The translations under genes were made by a program, and so were the position numbers. Under the pieces are notes generated by a model, which saw nothing but the letters and a program-made list of their open reading frames with translations, was not told the origin of the DNA and made no database searches. A stretch of 63,985 nucleotides of DNA, the filler included, from Olpidium bornovanus S191 (lineage: Eukaryota > Fungi > Olpidiomycota): NCBI GenBank assembly GCA_017911155.1. It is 28 parts of 28 records of this genome, joined end to end, with 100 filler letters (N's around TTAATTAATTAA, not from the genome) between each part and the next. Parts side by side here need not be neighbours in the genome. Positions count along the whole stretch, not along the records: positions 61,015 to 62,846 come from JAEFCI010009789.1; positions 62,947 to 63,985 come from JAEFCI010011933.1; 26 more parts are not named here. One strand, 5' to 3'. Of this stretch, positions 61,015 through 63,985 are shown one piece after another. Numbering within the stretch: position 1 is the first letter of the stretch; each line of letters starts with the position of its first letter.

Positions 61015-62117
61015 CATGTTCGACACTCCTTCGGCCCTGGAAATATCAGCCCGTCATACGGGTACTTTTTGCACAACTTATCGATGTTTTCTCGCGTGAG
61101 TTTACCCGGATCAACCGTGGCCGCTTTGACAAACGAAATTGCAGCTGTCCCTATGACTGCCGGGATGACGTAGAGATGATATTCCGGGATGTACTCATTG
61201 GGTATACGGTACGCTCCGGTAGCATAAAACGCGAGGCTGCCTGCAGCTACGAGGAAGACGTAAACGATCTAGAAATCCGAAATGTCGTCGTCAGCGCATA
61301 TCAGGGGTGGAAACGCTATGCCCCAGCCGTATCCGCAATCCAGCGGGACCCAAAACCGGCATCTGCTTCCGGCGCCCGGTTGCTCACTACCCATCTTTCC
61401 GATCTGCCTGCAAGGCCACAAATGTTTTGGCCCGTCGCCGCATAAAAGGAAGCCTCACACTGGCTCCGGTATCAAGACAAAGTCTGCCGTACAGGGGAGC
61501 ATAGGACTCTCGCAACGCAGACCGACCTGCAGAAGCGGGTGCGCCGTCTGCGCAAGATAATTAACTGCTCTTCCCGCCAGCCTTGCTATCCGCTCGCCGA
61601 ACACCCGCCGGGCGGCGACACTACGACGTAGGACGCCGGGCCACGTAAGAGCTTCGTCAAGGACACAGGCCGCGTTCGGATCGGGCGATGGCGAGACGAA
61701 ATCGTAAGGACGCTTGTACGCGGCCAACTCACGCGGTGTACGCCGGTACGCCCTCCGTCAGCAGCCAATGGGCTTTCCCGACTGGTCCGTCACGAAACGG
61801 CTTGGCTTGGCCGCAGAGCATGATAAACGTGAAGAAACCTACCGACTGACAGCGCGTCATGACGGCAAAGAAGAAGAAAAAAAAAACAGACACGGCGAAC
61901 AATCGGCATCAGCGTCCTCGACGGCAAGTCGTTCCCAAACCAAGGAAAGGCGGCGAAAACGCGTTTCGTTCCCCAATAAAATCCTCGGGAACCACTGACG
62001 TGAACGGGCACCGGTACATGGCGCGAAGTTTGCTCGCCGGCGGCCACACACGGCCAAACGCTCCGCCAATTTGCAACTCACCAGGCAGTACAACAAGAGG
62101 AACACGCTTTGATCCAT
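61015..62117 (-). CDS. SWF1: DHHC palmitoyltransferase, Swf1/ZDHHC4-like, N-terminal part
   Basis: MDQSVFLLLYCL|SVGFFTFIMLCG..KPFRDGPVGKAHWLLTEGVP...YLAQTAHPLLQ|IVYVFL...HLYVIP...FVKAATVDPGKLTRENI...YPYDGLIF...CRTC. The DHHC motif itself lies beyond the contig end. Confidence 0.8.
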
Positions 62118-63390
62118 TGCCGCAACTGTAAGCGCGAAGGGGCGCGCGGCGTTCCTGCGCCACAAATACAAGCCTGGAACTGCCGGCAGGCGGACGTGCG
62201 GACCGGTCCCCCACGCGACCGCCACCCGAACCTTCGCCGGACAACCTGTTCGTGCGCGCAGCACTCCTCCTCGAGCGCCACGGCCCTTTTCGGCTGAGCA
62301 AATTTGCGGATATCTGGTCTGGAGCGGGTTCGTGTGCAGCAGCAGCGCTCCGGTTGCGCTTTTTTTGGGTTGGCCGTGTTAACATGGGCGAAGCAGAGCA
62401 TCCGATCTCCCAACGACGCCCGGTCCTTGGGCGGAGTGGGCTAGTGCCCCGCGGCCGTTGATGGCCCCCCCCCCCCCCGAGTTGTGTCAGTTTTCCATTC
62501 CCTCGAGTACCTCCCCCATTCCTGAGTGTCATTGCCGTGAAAAGCAACCAACCGCCATTGGAAACACTGGCCGAGCAGCAATCAATGGATTCGACCTCGT
62601 GGCCTGCCCTTCCATTTTGCGAGGGTCTTTGACACCATCCTTGCACGTCAGAAAGACGTATAAAGAGCAGGCCTTCTTCCGTACGAACAGAAGGAAGAAA
62701 TAAGAGTTCTCGCCTTCGATTTTCAACGGATTAAGAGTCTTAGCTTCATCCAACGCAAAAAAAAAAAAAAAAAAAAAAAAAAAGACACCGAGAAACCCCC
62801 CTTCCCAGAGCAAAACCCCCCCCCCCGGGGGGGGCCCCCCCCCCGGNNNNNNNNNNNNNNNNNNNNNNNNNNNNNNNNNNNNNNNNNNNNTTAATTAATT
62901 AANNNNNNNNNNNNNNNNNNNNNNNNNNNNNNNNNNNNNNNNNNNNCATGGAAATTTCCAATCGCTGTCGTGGTTTTTTACTTGTGGCGTTTCGCGAGAT
63001 TGACCTCGCTCGCGGAACGGCGCTCAGAATCGCCATTGCGGCGAAGGCTGAGCGATAAACCACGCGTGTGGAGAGTTGGAACGAAATGCAAAAAGACGAC
63101 GCACGCACCATTCTTTCCAACTCCGCCAATATTCATTTCCACCGCTTCGAAGGAGGAAACGTGCTTTCCTGTCTCACACGTTCCGACCCGTTAGAGCACG
63201 GGGCTCTGGACCAGCCGGGCTGTCGAGTCAACATCCAATTGCACGCCCAAGCGTGCTTGGTCAGGACCCGCAGCATCAGAAGCCCGGCTCCCCGCTCCCG
63301 GGCGGGTTTTTTTTTCATTACCTCCATGTGCGATGTACAATGACGGGAATACTCTTGTGCATTAAACGCCGTCCGCGCGCATCCTCTTCT

Positions 63391-63760
63391 TTACGACCGG
63401 AACCATATCTTTCTTTGTTTAGCCTCGTGTTGCATTTGCCTGGCGAGCACGCGCTCCAGGTCTTTCTTAACCAGCATCTTTTCTTCAGCGAGCGTCTCCT
63501 GGATTATCTCGTGGTCGCGCGCGAGCTTCAGCCGGCGAAACGTTCGGGCGACGTCGGCGTCTTCGGCCCGCGGCGGCAGGATCCGCCACGCAGCCGTCGT
63601 CGCCTCCGGGATAGGCTTCGGGGAGGACCACTGAGGGAGACCTGCCGAGGAGGGAGAAAGCGAAACGCGCGAGCGGGTTTGAGTTGCGCCGATATCATGC
63701 GCCGTTGCACCCTGCGCTGCGTCGAGGTCGAACGGCGCGGCGCGGCTCAAAAAGGTCGGT
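63391..63760 (-). CDS. Hypothetical protein exon
   Basis: Helical, protein-like stretch (DVARTFRRLKLARDHEIIQETLAEEKMLVKKDLERVL). No family recognised. Confidence 0.3.
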
Positions 63761-63853
63761 TGAGCGCGTTTGCGCCAGCTCCCCGAGAACCAAACCGGGA
63801 AAGAGGGTGTGTTTTTCTTCCTGCTGCGCGCGCCGCTCTCCAGGGGAAGCCCC

Positions 63854-63900
<47 letters not shown>

Positions 63901-63985
63901 ACCCGCACCCCCCCCCCCCCCCCCGCCCCCCCCCCCCCGGGGGGGCCCCCCCCCCCCCCCCCCCCAGGCCGCGTACCTTGCCGGA

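Overview
This is not one contiguous locus. It is 28 short eukaryotic contigs (about 1.0-6.6 kb) joined by 27 identical artificial 100-nt linkers (N44-TTAATTAATTAA-N44), so adjacency across a linker has no biological meaning. Many contig ends fall on CATG or on long homopolymer tracts. The DNA is GC-rich with short GT-AG introns. The gene content (URC4/DUF1688, SWF1-like, YCK-type casein kinase I and RSC8/SWI3 together with IFT140, an inner-arm dynein heavy chain and a CatSper-like channel) points to a flagellated, zoosporic fungus; this assignment is an inference. Recognisable genes, mostly partial: SNRNP27, CAND1, URC4-like, CatSper2-like, DNAH1-like dynein, RIO2, an aquaporin, Argonaute, COX10, RPS15, RED/IK, SWI3/RSC8, a Kv-beta-like aldo-keto reductase, IFT140, casein kinase I and SWF1-like DHHC. 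About a quarter of the window is LTR-retrotransposon debris (Ty3/gypsy including a chromovirus, and Ty1/copia) with many internal minisatellites. Most interesting: (1) ten palindrome+TAAAACTG modules with a compensatory stem change in a chromovirus 3' region; (2) a CatSper-like channel; (3) a 4-nt microexon and an unusually long loop D in the aquaporin; (4) a copia-type half-tRNA primer site upstream of a gypsy-type gag, with a hairpin array between them; (5) a decayed 18S rRNA fragment. All calls come from manual translation and motif recognition; no database searches were run.
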